From Flavobacteriales bacterium (lineage in GTDB: Bacteria; Bacteroidota; Bacteroidia; Flavobacteriales; Flavobacteriaceae), in contig SGZH01000002.1 of NCBI GenBank assembly GCA_004214175.1, forward strand, positions 1,826-65,825: a stretch of DNA of 64,000 nucleotides, read 5' to 3'. The translations under genes and the position numbers were made by a program. Positions 30,774 to 40,553 of the stretch are shown here, piece after piece (within the stretch, counting starts at the first letter, position 1; each line of letters begins with the position of its first letter). The notes beneath the pieces are model-generated. The model was not told where the DNA came from and made no database searches. It saw only the letters and a program-made list of their open reading frames with translations.

Positions 30774-31637
30774 TTATTCAAAGTCTATAAAATTAGTTGG
30801 GTCAATCGGGTAGCCATCACTCCATAATTCAAAGTGTAAATGGGCCCCTGTAGATAATTCACCTGTGTTTCCTGCAGTAGCTATAACTTCTCCTGCCTTC
30901 ACTAGGCTACCTTGTTCTTTGGTAAGCTGAGAATTGTGCTTATAAACAGATATTAAGTTATTAGAATGCTCAATAATAATTACATAACCGGTTTGAGTGG
31001 TCCATTCTGAAAATATAACAGTCCCGTCTGCAGCAGATTTTACTGGTGCGTCTTTTGAAGTAACAACGTCAATGGCATAATGCTTTTCTTTAGCGTTAAA
31101 GTCCTGCGAAATAGTTCCTTTAACTGGAGGGAATAAAACAAAATTAATTTCAGAATTATTTATTAACGGGTTGTATTTATCTTCTAAGGATACTTTTTCT
31201 CTTAACAACGAATCTTCTTTGGAAGTATTTATATCTATAACTGTTAGGTCAATCTTAGCGGCTTCAATAATTGAATCTTTATTGAAATTTACACTTGATA
31301 CGTCTCCTTTTAATACTTTTTTTATAGAACTAAAATAGAGTTCATTTATTTTAATTACTTGCTGTAAAGAATCTGTTTTGTAGGCGAGTTGGGCAGCGTT
31401 TTTCTTTAAAGTAACCGAAGAATATCCTGGGATATATTCCCTTAAAGGGGTAAATGCAATTAAAATACTGGTAGCTAAAATCAAAGTAAATGTAAAAATA
31501 ATACTAAATACAAATACGTTTAAACGGTTGATTTTAAAGGTAAAACGTTCTTCAAATGTATCCTCGTTTAAAACAACTAAACGGTACTTGTTTAGTAATT
31601 TATATTTAATTTTTCTTGATTTATTTTCTTTATCCAT
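30774..31637 (-). CDS. M23 family metallopeptidase
   Basis: HYAID, YKHN, STGAHLHFE; N-terminal TM segment. Confidence 0.9.
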   Translation of the reverse strand: MDKENKSRKIKYKLLNKYRLVVLNEDTFEERFTFKINRLNVFVFSIIFTFTLILATSILIAFTPLREYIPGYSSVTLKKNAAQLAYKTDSLQQVIKINELYFSSIKKVLKGDVSSVNFNKDSIIEAAKIDLTVIDINTSKEDSLLREKVSLEDKYNPLINNSEINFVLFPPVKGTISQDFNAKEKHYAIDVVTSKDAPVKSAADGTVIFSEWTTQTGYVIIIEHSNNLISVYKHNSQLTKEQGSLVKAGEVIATAGNTGELSTGAHLHFELWSDGYPIDPTNFIDFE

Positions 31638-31656
31638 TATAGAGATCTCCTAACAG

Positions 31657-31664
31657 CAAATATA
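31657..31664 (-). promoter_or_regulatory. -7 promoter element TATATTTG for the M23/GH3 genes
   Basis: caaatata on + strand in the divergent intergenic region. Confidence 0.55.
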
Positions 31665-31777
31665 AAAATTAGTATGCTAGAATTGGATTTACTATATAAG
31701 TTTATTACTAATAAAAGCTTAATTGGTTTTAAAACGATGTTTCTGATGATTTCTTATTACATTTGTTCTTTAAATCT

Positions 31778-31975
31778 ATGATGATGTATATAGCAATGTT
31801 ACCTTTAGTTATTGGATGGCCACAAATAGTCTTAATTGTTGTGGTGGTGTTATTATTGTTTGGAGGAAGAAAAATTCCCGAATTAATGCGTGGTTTAGGG
31901 AGTGGTCTCAAAGAATTTAAAGATGCTTCGAAAGATGCTTCGAAAGACGAAAATCAACTAGACGAAGAAAAATAA
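31778..31975 (+). CDS. tatA: Twin-arginine translocase subunit TatA/E
   Basis: [37 protein letters not shown]; -7 element TACATTTG at 31758-31765; exact start among the ATGs is uncertain. Confidence 0.9.
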   Translation: MMMYIAMLPLVIGWPQIVLIVVVVLLLFGGRKIPELMRGLGSGLKEFKDASKDASKDENQLDEEK

Positions 31976-31980
31976 GTCAT

Positions 31981-32961
31981 CTACTTGCTAATTCTTGCCG
32001 ATTGAATTATTGATTCCAATTCAAACTGAAGATTCCGTTTGCTTTCAGCTGGTGCAAACGTGAATCCCTCGATAATTAAATACCTTTTGTTAATGGTATC
32101 TCTTACTGCATAATTTACAAAAGGCCCTGCCATAAATTCATTTTCTATATCCCACATTCCTTTTGTTTTGTAGGCAAAGTTTCCATTTAATTCTGTAACA
32201 TAAAAATTGGGAGAATAAGAGTAGTCGGTACCAAATTTACCATTATCTTCTACTGGCAAAAGACTTCCTCCGATTGAATCTCTTATTATTGTTAATATTT
32301 GTCCGAGAGCTAGACTATCACTTGTTATTCTGTCTAAAGAGGCTTCGTATATAAAAATATTAGTAGATCCTGTTTTTTTTAGATCTTTTCGAAGCCAAAA
32401 GAAGTCCTTTCCTTTATGAGCTGTTCGATATGCCGAAGGTATATTTATTGTCAAACCAAAATACTCCTTTAAAGAATCGATTACTTTTAAAGATATAGCA
32501 GTCCTTCTTTGACGTTCTTTTATTTCTGAATTGTTATAAGCGTTAATAATTTCTTTTTGATTTTCTATGATTAACTTTAGTAAGCTTTCTTCAGTTTTCG
32601 CTGTGATTATTGCCCCTATCTGTGGCCTTGCATAAGGATCGGTTACTAAAGTATAATTGTCTTCTTCTCCAATAGTAACATGTAAAAAAAGACGATTACT
32701 TTTTATAAAACCTGAAAAGGTAGAAGGGTCCATTTGATTAATTGAAAATAAAGGCTCTTCTTGAGGCAGTCCTTCAGTAGGGGCTGCAAAATAATTTCTT
32801 ATTTTTTCACCCACTTTATTATTCCATAATTCATCAGTTATCAATACTTGGAGTGAATTAATACTTCCTACTGACTTTTGTTTATAGGTACTTTTATTAC
32901 CATTATTAATGCAAGAAATTAAAGTGAAAAAAATAAAGGCCTTAAAATAGATTGATTTCAT
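31981..32961 (-). CDS. DUF4837 family lipoprotein
   Basis: Lipobox LISC; GLPQEEPLF, YARPQ, GMWD..NEFMAGPF, KRNLQFELE. Confidence 0.75.
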   Translation of the reverse strand: MKSIYFKAFIFFTLISCINNGNKSTYKQKSVGSINSLQVLITDELWNNKVGEKIRNYFAAPTEGLPQEEPLFSINQMDPSTFSGFIKSNRLFLHVTIGEEDNYTLVTDPYARPQIGAIITAKTEESLLKLIIENQKEIINAYNNSEIKERQRRTAISLKVIDSLKEYFGLTINIPSAYRTAHKGKDFFWLRKDLKKTGSTNIFIYEASLDRITSDSLALGQILTIIRDSIGGSLLPVEDNGKFGTDYSYSPNFYVTELNGNFAYKTKGMWDIENEFMAGPFVNYAVRDTINKRYLIIEGFTFAPAESKRNLQFELESIIQSARISK

Positions 32962-32981
32962 TAACAATTGTTTTTCAAATA

Positions 32982-34562
32982 TTAACCTTTAGAAACTTTT
33001 AATTTCATGCCGGGTTTTATATTGTTACTACTAATATCGTTCCATTTTTTAATATTCTGTATGGAAACTCCAGGAAAATTTTGAGAAATACTCCATAAAG
33101 AGTCTCCTTTTTTAACAATATACAGACCCTCGTTGCCTTTTTTAGAAGTACTTTCTCCAGCGATTAGTTTTGTTGGATAAATAGTTAATCGCTGTCCTAC
33201 TTTAAGATTGTCGTTTGTTAATTCATTCCATCTTTTGATCTGACTTACACTGACACCATATCGCTCAGCTATTTTTCCTAAATAATCACCACTTTTTACA
33301 CGATATATAATTCTATCAGGTTGCTCTATGTATTTAGGAATATTAGCATTTTCTTTGTTATTTTCCTCCTCAGCTAGAGCATAAATTACATCTTCGTTAG
33401 CAACAAATTTTCCAATAGCCGGAATTGGTAAACGTAGTGCATAATTTTTATCCTTAATGTATGGGATAATTTCTAGTTTATAAGAGGGATTTAAAAACTT
33501 AATTTCTTCAACAGATAGATTTACCGCTTTTGAGATTTGCTCAAAGGTAATTAGCCTTTTAACTTGTATGGTATCTGTTGCTATCGAATAGAATCGGGGT
33601 CCATTGCTCTTAAAACCATGTTCGTCGGCATATTCAAAAATATACATCGTTGCTAAAAAAGCTGGTACATAACCAGCTGTTTCTCTGGGTAGTTTATTTC
33701 TAATTTTCCAATAATTTGTTTCTCCACCTGAACGACGAATTGCTTTTGAAACATTTCCAGGGCCAGAGTTATAAGCTGCTAAAGCCAAATCCCAATCTTC
33801 AAAAATTTTATGAAGACTACTTAAGTACTTTGCAGCTGCGACTGTCGCCATAGCCGGATCGGATCTTTCGTCCACGTAAGAGCTTACTTCAAGGCCATAA
33901 ATTTTCCCCGTTGTAAACATAAATTGCCACAAACCTTTAGCACCCACTCTAGATTTTGCTGAAGGATTTAAAGCGGACTCTACAACCGCTAAATATTTAA
34001 TTTCTAAAGGCAAATCATATTTGTCAAACTCCTCTTCAAACAAAGGAAAAAAATAATCACTTAAAGCCATTAACTTAGACATGGATGCTCTTCTTGTTTT
34101 TAAATAGTGTTTAATTAGCCTTTCTAATGACGGATTATAACTTACATTAAAAGGTGTTTTAGCGTTTAGTTCTACTAAACGCTGTTTAAGCAATTCTGTT
34201 GGTAAATCTTCATATTCAGGAAGTTCAATTTCTTCGCTGTTAATACTTCCAAAAACTTCTTCAAATCTTGTAGAATCATAAAGTTCTTTTAACCACAAAC
34301 TATCACTAGATTTTGCTTTTTTTTGATCTTTTAGGTCAAGTATTAAAGAATCACTATCGGAAAAATTAAGATTAGATAAACTGTTATTAATATTAAATTC
34401 TTGAAGGATAATTGTGTCTTGACTTTTTATACTTTTTGGTGGAGATATGGGACTAATACTTTTTAAACTGTCGACAATTTTAACTGCTTGTGCGTTCATT
34501 TTTATAATGTTTGTATATAAAAATATTACAAGAATTGATGGGGATAATAATCTGATTGTCAT
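32982..34562 (-). CDS. Lytic murein transglycosylase (MltD-like) with two LysM domains
   Basis: VESALNP, GAKGLWQFM, LAAYNSG, ETAGYVP; LysM repeats YRVKSGDYLGKIA and YIVKKGDSLWSIS. Confidence 0.9.
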   Translation of the reverse strand: MTIRLLSPSILVIFLYTNIIKMNAQAVKIVDSLKSISPISPPKSIKSQDTIILQEFNINNSLSNLNFSDSDSLILDLKDQKKAKSSDSLWLKELYDSTRFEEVFGSINSEEIELPEYEDLPTELLKQRLVELNAKTPFNVSYNPSLERLIKHYLKTRRASMSKLMALSDYFFPLFEEEFDKYDLPLEIKYLAVVESALNPSAKSRVGAKGLWQFMFTTGKIYGLEVSSYVDERSDPAMATVAAAKYLSSLHKIFEDWDLALAAYNSGPGNVSKAIRRSGGETNYWKIRNKLPRETAGYVPAFLATMYIFEYADEHGFKSNGPRFYSIATDTIQVKRLITFEQISKAVNLSVEEIKFLNPSYKLEIIPYIKDKNYALRLPIPAIGKFVANEDVIYALAEEENNKENANIPKYIEQPDRIIYRVKSGDYLGKIAERYGVSVSQIKRWNELTNDNLKVGQRLTIYPTKLIAGESTSKKGNEGLYIVKKGDSLWSISQNFPGVSIQNIKKWNDISSNNIKPGMKLKVSKG

Positions 34563-34673
34563 ATAGAAAAATGTGAGTCCTATTTAAATTAATTATAAAT
34601 TTAGGAAAAGAGACTCTAAAGGCAACTATTTTTGAGAATCTTTTGTTATTTATTTATTATAATTCAAAAAAAA

Positions 34674-35861
34674 TTACTCTAATATTGCTTGAATCCCTGG
34701 AAGTGTTTTTCCTTCCAACATTTCAAGCATAGCGCCTCCACCAGTTGAAACATAGCTCACTTTTTCAGTCAAATTAAATTGTTTTACAGCAGCCACCGAA
34801 TCTCCACCACCTACTAACGAAAAAGAACCTTTTTCAGTAGCTTCTGCAATTGCATCTCCTAAAGATATAGTTCCTGTTGCAAAATTTTCCATTTCAAAAA
34901 CACCTACAGGCCCATTCCACAAAATAGTTTTGGAGCTTAAAATAACTTCTCTAAAAATAACATTGGTTTTAGATCCAACATCCAGACCCATCCATCCTTC
35001 AGGAATGGTGTTGACGGCCTCTGTTTTTGTATGAGCATCATTCGAAAAATGATCTGCAATGATAGCATCAACAGGTAAATGTATTTGTACATTTTTCTCT
35101 TCTGCCAATTTTAAAATAGACAATGCTAACTCTTGTTTGTCGTCTTCCACCAAAGAAGATCCAACTTTTCCGCCTTGCGCTTTAACAAAGGTAAAGGCCA
35201 TACCACCACCAATAATTAAATGATCTATTTTATCTAAAATACTTTCTATAATCGTAATTTTTGAAGATACTTTTGCTCCACCAATGATCGCTGTAACCGG
35301 TTTTTCACTATGCGTTAATACCTTTTCGATATTCTCGATTTCTGAAGCTAATAACTTACCAAAACATTTGTTCTCTGAAAAATAGTTTGCAATTACCGAG
35401 GTAGAAGCATGTGCTCTATGTGCAGAACCAAAAGCATCATTAATATAAATATCCCCCAACTTTGAAAGTTCTAAGGCAAACTTATCATCACCTGCTTTTT
35501 CCTCTTTGTGAAATCGTAGGTTTTCTAGAAGTAAAATTTCTCCATTTTCTAATTCTGCGGCGGCTTTTTCAGCTTTTTCACCTATACAATGTTCAGAAAA
35601 TTGAACCTGTACACCAATAATTTCAGTTACTTTAGAAGCTATGTTTTTTAGTGAAAACTTTTCTTCTACACCATTGGGTCTTCCTAAGTGAGACATTAAA
35701 ACACAACTACCTCCATCTTCTAAAACTTTAATAATGGTGTTTTTGGCAGCTAAGATTCGAGTGCTATCAGTAACTTCTAAATTCTCATTTAAAGGCACAT
35801 TAAAATCTACCCTAATTAGTGCTTTTTTGTTTTCAAAATTAAAGTCGTTAACCGTTTTCAT
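34674..35861 (-). CDS. pgk: Phosphoglycerate kinase
   Basis: RVDFNVP, SHLGRP, ENLRF, GGAKVS, STGGGAML; ATG at 35861 (MKTVNDF). Confidence 0.97.
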   Translation of the reverse strand: MKTVNDFNFENKKALIRVDFNVPLNENLEVTDSTRILAAKNTIIKVLEDGGSCVLMSHLGRPNGVEEKFSLKNIASKVTEIIGVQVQFSEHCIGEKAEKAAAELENGEILLLENLRFHKEEKAGDDKFALELSKLGDIYINDAFGSAHRAHASTSVIANYFSENKCFGKLLASEIENIEKVLTHSEKPVTAIIGGAKVSSKITIIESILDKIDHLIIGGGMAFTFVKAQGGKVGSSLVEDDKQELALSILKLAEEKNVQIHLPVDAIIADHFSNDAHTKTEAVNTIPEGWMGLDVGSKTNVIFREVILSSKTILWNGPVGVFEMENFATGTISLGDAIAEATEKGSFSLVGGGDSVAAVKQFNLTEKVSYVSTGGGAMLEMLEGKTLPGIQAILE

Positions 35862-35879
35862 AAATTGGATTTTGGACTG

Positions 35880-35896
35880 CAAATATACTATTTTTG
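35880..35896. promoter_or_regulatory. Back-to-back -7 elements for divergent pgk (TATATTTG, minus, 35880-35887) and holB (TATTTTTG, plus, 35889-35896)
   Basis: caaatata-c-tatttttg in a ~70-bp spacer. Confidence 0.55.
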
Positions 35897-35933
35897 AAGG
35901 GTTCTTTTTAACTAAAAAACCGTAATATTGTGT

Positions 35934-37088
35934 ATGACTTTCTCACGTGTTTTAGGACAACAACAAATAAAATCTCATCTAACCAGGACGGTCAAAGATG
36001 GCAGAATACCGCATACCCAACTATTTATCGGAAAGTCAGGATCTGGGATATTACCTTTAGCATTAGGTTATGCAAACGAAATATTGTGCCTGTCCTATAA
36101 CAAGGAAAGTCTTCCATATACCAATTGTAAAACTAAAGTTGAAAAATTAGCACATCCTGATTTACATTTTGTCTATCCTGTTAATACCAATGAGAGTGTT
36201 AAAAAAAACCCTGTCTCTGACAATTTTTTGGCTAAGTGGAGGGCCTTTGTCATTCAAAACTCCTATTCTTCTTTATATGATTGGTATCAATTTATAGGAA
36301 TAGAAAATAAACAAGGGAATATCAGTAAGCATGAAGCGGTTTCTATTACAAAAAAGCTGTCCTTAAAATCATATGAGGGGGGGTATAAGGTTCTTATAAT
36401 TTGGATGGCTGATAAAATGAATAACGAATGTGCGAATCAATTATTAAAACTTATAGAAGAACCTCCTGAAAAAACAGTGCTATTGCTTTTAACAGAAAAT
36501 GTTGAGAATATTCTGGGAACCATTCAATCTCGTTGTCAAAAATTACATGTTCCTCTTCTAGCTGAGGAGGATATTTACCTAGGATTATTGGAGGCTTATG
36601 CATTAACAAATAATGAGGCAAGAAAAATTAGTCAACAGTCCAATGGAGATTTAAATAGAGCGATTCAACTCATAAAAAATGGTGGTAACGAAGTTTTATT
36701 TGAAGATCTTTTTGTGCATTGGATGCGTACCGCTTTTAAAGCCAAAAAGAACAGAGAAGCTATAAATGAGTTATTTAGTTGGAGCGAAAGAATCGCTGAA
36801 GAAGGTCGCGAAACTCAAAAGAAATTCTTAAATTTTTGTTTGGAAATTTTTAGGCAAGCAATGCTTAAAAATTACAAAGCAGAGTCACTAATTTACTTTC
36901 AAAGTCATGATGGAAAATTTTCTTTTAATAAGTTCTCGGAATATGTTCACCATAATAACATTTTAGAAATAAATGAAGAGATAGAAAAAGCTATTTTTCA
37001 TATTGAGAGAAATGGAAATTCAAAAATAATTTTTACAGATCTATCTATTCAATTAACACGATTGATACAAAAAAAAGAAACCTTATAA
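35934..37088 (+). CDS. holB: DNA polymerase III subunit delta'
   Basis: HPDLHFVYP, ANQLLKLIEEPP, TIQSRCQ. Confidence 0.9.
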   Translation: MTFSRVLGQQQIKSHLTRTVKDGRIPHTQLFIGKSGSGILPLALGYANEILCLSYNKESLPYTNCKTKVEKLAHPDLHFVYPVNTNESVKKNPVSDNFLAKWRAFVIQNSYSSLYDWYQFIGIENKQGNISKHEAVSITKKLSLKSYEGGYKVLIIWMADKMNNECANQLLKLIEEPPEKTVLLLLTENVENILGTIQSRCQKLHVPLLAEEDIYLGLLEAYALTNNEARKISQQSNGDLNRAIQLIKNGGNEVLFEDLFVHWMRTAFKAKKNREAINELFSWSERIAEEGRETQKKFLNFCLEIFRQAMLKNYKAESLIYFQSHDGKFSFNKFSEYVHHNNILEINEEIEKAIFHIERNGNSKIIFTDLSIQLTRLIQKKETL

Positions 37089-37232
37089 GAGTTGTCTATT
37101 ATAATTTCTTTAGCAATAGGTTATTCTTATTAAATCTGGTTTAATTACAGGCGTTTCTTTAGCCACGTAACAGAATATCACTACATCTATTGGTTAAGCT
37201 CATAAAACCGTCTTAAATGTGCTTATTTTAAT

Positions 37233-38081
37233 TTATTGCGGTTTTTTGTAGCAATAAATAAGTGATGAATATTCCTTAGTAGATAAAGCGTATAAATTTG
37301 ATATTAATCCCACAAAAAAAGCTTTAAGTAAATTTATTTTTCCTGTTTTATTTTTTTCTGAAAGTATACTTACGTAAAAAGAATCGAAAACCATCGGACT
37401 TATTTTTAAGAGTGAAAATTTATCGGTGAATAGTTTATTCATAGAAACTTTTGAAAAATGCCATAAATGTCTAGGTGCGTCAAAAGCAGCCCAAAAACTT
37501 TTATAATAAGCCGCATCAAAAGAATAAAAATTAGGAACAGCAACTATTAATAATCCATTCGGTTTCAATAAAGCTTCTACATCAAGAATTGTTTCTTCTA
37601 GGTTAGGAACGTGCTCTAAAACATGCCACATTGTAATTACATCAAACAATTTTCCTTTAACGTTTTTTATGTCTTCTTCTAGAAAAATTCCCTTATTTTG
37701 TGCTAATTCTCTGGCTTTTGAGTTGGGTTCAACACCTATTACTGACCTTGATTCAGATTGAATAAAACTTAAAAAATCACCCGTTCCTGCTCCAATATCA
37801 AGGATACTTTTGGCGTCCTTTTTTAGCACGTTAATTAAACCTAGTTTGTTCTTTAGAGATCTTCTTTTTACAACCTGATATAAAAACGGAACGAGACCAT
37901 TTTTGTTATCAGTATGAGAAATATATTGTTCACTCTCGTAATATTTAGAAAGTTTACTAGTCTCTGGCTGCGGTTTAGTTAAAAGCATTTCTTTTTCAGC
38001 GTCAAACTCGAGAGTAAACTCTTCATTAGATACTAAATAATCTTTAACAGTTAAGGGAAAGTTTTCTTGTCTTAGTTGCAT
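37233..38081 (-). CDS. Class I SAM-dependent methyltransferase
   Basis: ILDIGAGTG, FDVITMWHVLEHV, DAPRHLWHF. Confidence 0.88.
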   Translation of the reverse strand: MQLRQENFPLTVKDYLVSNEEFTLEFDAEKEMLLTKPQPETSKLSKYYESEQYISHTDNKNGLVPFLYQVVKRRSLKNKLGLINVLKKDAKSILDIGAGTGDFLSFIQSESRSVIGVEPNSKARELAQNKGIFLEEDIKNVKGKLFDVITMWHVLEHVPNLEETILDVEALLKPNGLLIVAVPNFYSFDAAYYKSFWAAFDAPRHLWHFSKVSMNKLFTDKFSLLKISPMVFDSFYVSILSEKNKTGKINLLKAFFVGLISNLYALSTKEYSSLIYCYKKPQ

Positions 38082-38110
38082 TATAAAATATTATTAGATA
38101 AACACATGAA

Positions 38111-38126
38111 TGTTTCACGTGAAACA
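38111..38126. other. parS centromere-like site TGTTTCACGTGAAACA
   Basis: Perfect 16-bp palindrome identical to the canonical parS consensus, just downstream of mnmG. Confidence 0.9.
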
Positions 38127-38132
38127 AACAAC

Positions 38133-40004
38133 TTATCTACCCATGTAAACTAATAAAACAGAAATATCGTTAGGTGAAACACCACTGATTCTTGATGCTT
38201 GTGAAACAGTAACTGGCTTAATGTCTCGAAGCTTTTCAAGAGCTTCGTAAGAAAGTGATTTTAATTTTGAGTAGTCAAAGTTTTCAGGTATTTTAATACC
38301 TTCTAATCTATTTAACTTATCAGCGTTAACTCTTTCTTTATTGATATAGCCAGCATATTTTATTTGGATTTCTGTTTGCTCTAATACCTCTCTTCCAAGC
38401 TTGTTTTTTAATATATATTGTTCCACATCATTAATTTTTCTCATGTCATCCATTGTAATATTTGGACGTGAGAATGGTTTATATAATTTGTCCATTTGTT
38501 TAACTGGTGCGGATTCTTTTGAGATTAGAATTGGATTTAAAATTGCGTGACTAACACTCGTAGTTTTAAAAAATTGAATCAAATCTTCAGATTCTTTCTT
38601 TTTTTTCTCCATTGTGATTAAACGATTTTCTGTGGCCAAACCAAGATCAAATGATTTTTTTGTTAATCTAAAGTCCGCATTATCTTGTCTTAATAAGGTT
38701 CTGTATTCTGCTCTTGAGGTAAACATTCTGTAGGGTTCTTTGGTTCCTTTAGTAATTAAATCATCTATTAAGACCCCTATATAAGCTTCATCACGACTTA
38801 ATGTAAAAGCTTCTTTTTCTTGCACTTTTTGATGTGCATTAATCCCTGCTATAAGTCCTTGTGACGCAGCTTCTTCGTAGCCAGTTGTTCCGTTTATTTG
38901 TCCTGCAAAATATAATCCGGAGATAAGCTTTGTTTCTAGGGTGTGTTTGAGTTGAGTTGGCGGAAAATAATCATATTCAATTGCATAACCAGGGCGAAAA
39001 AATTTAACATTCTCAAAACCCGAAACTTGCTTTAAGGCCTTGTACTGAACCTCCTCGGAAAGCGATGTAGAAAAACCATTAATATAATACTCTATGGTTT
39101 TCCAACCCTCAGGCTCAACAAAAAGCTGGTGCCGATCTTTATCAGCAAAACGATTTATTTTTTCTTCTATGGAAGGGCAGTATCTTGGGCCACTCGATTG
39201 AATTGCGCCGTTAAACATAGGTGATTTATCAAACCCCTCCTTTAAAATATCATGCACATCTTGGCTTGTGTAGGACATGTAGCAAGAACGCTGATGTTTT
39301 AAAACCGAGGTAGTGTTCAAATAAGAGAATTTTTCTGGCTGTTCGTCACCTGGCTGTTCAATCATTTTAGCGAAATCTAAAGATCTTCCATCTACTCTAG
39401 GGGGAGTTCCTGTTTTCATTCTACCAGATTCAAAACCTAATTGAATAAGATCCTTAGTAATTCCTGTTGAAGCTCTTTCTCCAGCTCTTCCACCTCCAAA
39501 CTGTTTGTCCCCGATATGAATAACTCCATTTAAAAATGTACCGTTGGTAAGAACAACAGTTTTAGATCGTATTTCTATACCTAGGGATGTTTTAACACCA
39601 ACAATTTTATTGTTTTTAGTGATAAGACCCAAGACCATTTCTTGATAAAAATCTAAATTAGGGGTCTTTTCTAGCATATCTCTCCAGGCTTCAGAAAAAC
39701 GCATACGATCGCTTTGAACTCGCGGACTCCACATTGCAGGGCCTTTTGATTTATTGAGCATTTTGAACTGAATAGCCGTTTCATCTGAAACAATACCGCT
39801 ATATCCGCCCATAGCATCTATTTCACGGATAATTTGTCCCTTTGCTATTCCGCCCATAGCAGGGTTACAAGACATCTGTGCTATATTTTGCAAGTTCATT
39901 GTTATTAGAAGGGTTTTAGAGCCTAGGTTCGCAGCAGCGGCAGCGGCCTCAGAGCCAGCATGGCCAGCACCAACAACAATAACATCATATTCATTTGGAA
40001 ACAT
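38133..40004 (-). CDS. mnmG: tRNA uridine-5-carboxymethylaminomethyl(34) synthesis enzyme MnmG (GidA)
   Basis: GAGHAG, MSCNPAMGG, KTGTPPR, GPRYCPSIE, AGQINGTTGYEEAA. Confidence 0.97.
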   Translation of the reverse strand: MFPNEYDVIVVGAGHAGSEAAAAAANLGSKTLLITMNLQNIAQMSCNPAMGGIAKGQIIREIDAMGGYSGIVSDETAIQFKMLNKSKGPAMWSPRVQSDRMRFSEAWRDMLEKTPNLDFYQEMVLGLITKNNKIVGVKTSLGIEIRSKTVVLTNGTFLNGVIHIGDKQFGGGRAGERASTGITKDLIQLGFESGRMKTGTPPRVDGRSLDFAKMIEQPGDEQPEKFSYLNTTSVLKHQRSCYMSYTSQDVHDILKEGFDKSPMFNGAIQSSGPRYCPSIEEKINRFADKDRHQLFVEPEGWKTIEYYINGFSTSLSEEVQYKALKQVSGFENVKFFRPGYAIEYDYFPPTQLKHTLETKLISGLYFAGQINGTTGYEEAASQGLIAGINAHQKVQEKEAFTLSRDEAYIGVLIDDLITKGTKEPYRMFTSRAEYRTLLRQDNADFRLTKKSFDLGLATENRLITMEKKKKESEDLIQFFKTTSVSHAILNPILISKESAPVKQMDKLYKPFSRPNITMDDMRKINDVEQYILKNKLGREVLEQTEIQIKYAGYINKERVNADKLNRLEGIKIPENFDYSKLKSLSYEALEKLRDIKPVTVSQASRISGVSPNDISVLLVYMGR

Positions 40005-40015
40005 AAACTTAAATT

Positions 40016-40031
40016 TGTTCCACGTGGAACA
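40016..40031. other. parS centromere-like site TGTTCCACGTGGAACA
   Basis: Perfect 16-bp palindrome matching the parS consensus, 11 nt upstream of the mnmG start. Confidence 0.9.
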
Positions 40032-40073
40032 TTACTTTTAAAATTAATCTAATCTTCATTTTACAAGGGCGTG

Positions 40074-40081
40074 CAAATATA
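40074..40081 (-). promoter_or_regulatory. -7 promoter element TATATTTG for mnmG
   Basis: caaatata on + strand; the parS site lies between it and the ATG. Confidence 0.55.
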
Positions 40082-40136
40082 AGTAATTAACTTAAAATTG
40101 AAATATTAATTAATTAATTTATTGATTATCAGTTTC

Positions 40137-40553
40137 TTATATAAAAACTCTTTGAGAAAGCGCTTCATCTTCCTTTTTTCTCATCAAAGCTGCTTCAGCT
40201 TTTGTTTTATCATTAAAGCCGCAATAATGTAGAATTCCATGGATAATGACACGATGTAATTCGTCTTCAAAATTAGTTTTGTAGGTATCTGCATTCTCTT
40301 TTACACGCTCGATAGATATAAAAATATCTCCATTAATTTGATCACCTAAACTATTGTCAAAACTGATAATGTCGGTTAATGAATCGTGATTTAAAAACTC
40401 TAAGTTTAATTTATGAAGGTATTGATCATCACAAAAAATATATCTAATTTCTCCCTCTTCTCGTTTTTGGTCATTGATGATTTTAGATATCCAACGAGCT
40501 ATTTCATTTGGGTTTTGAAGACTAAACACTGTTTCTGAGAAAAAATCAATCAT
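40137..40553 (-). CDS. ybeY: rRNA maturation RNase YbeY
   Basis: TDIISFD, GDIFISIE, HRVIIHGILHYCGFND. Confidence 0.92.
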   Translation of the reverse strand: MIDFFSETVFSLQNPNEIARWISKIINDQKREEGEIRYIFCDDQYLHKLNLEFLNHDSLTDIISFDNSLGDQINGDIFISIERVKENADTYKTNFEDELHRVIIHGILHYCGFNDKTKAEAALMRKKEDEALSQRVFI

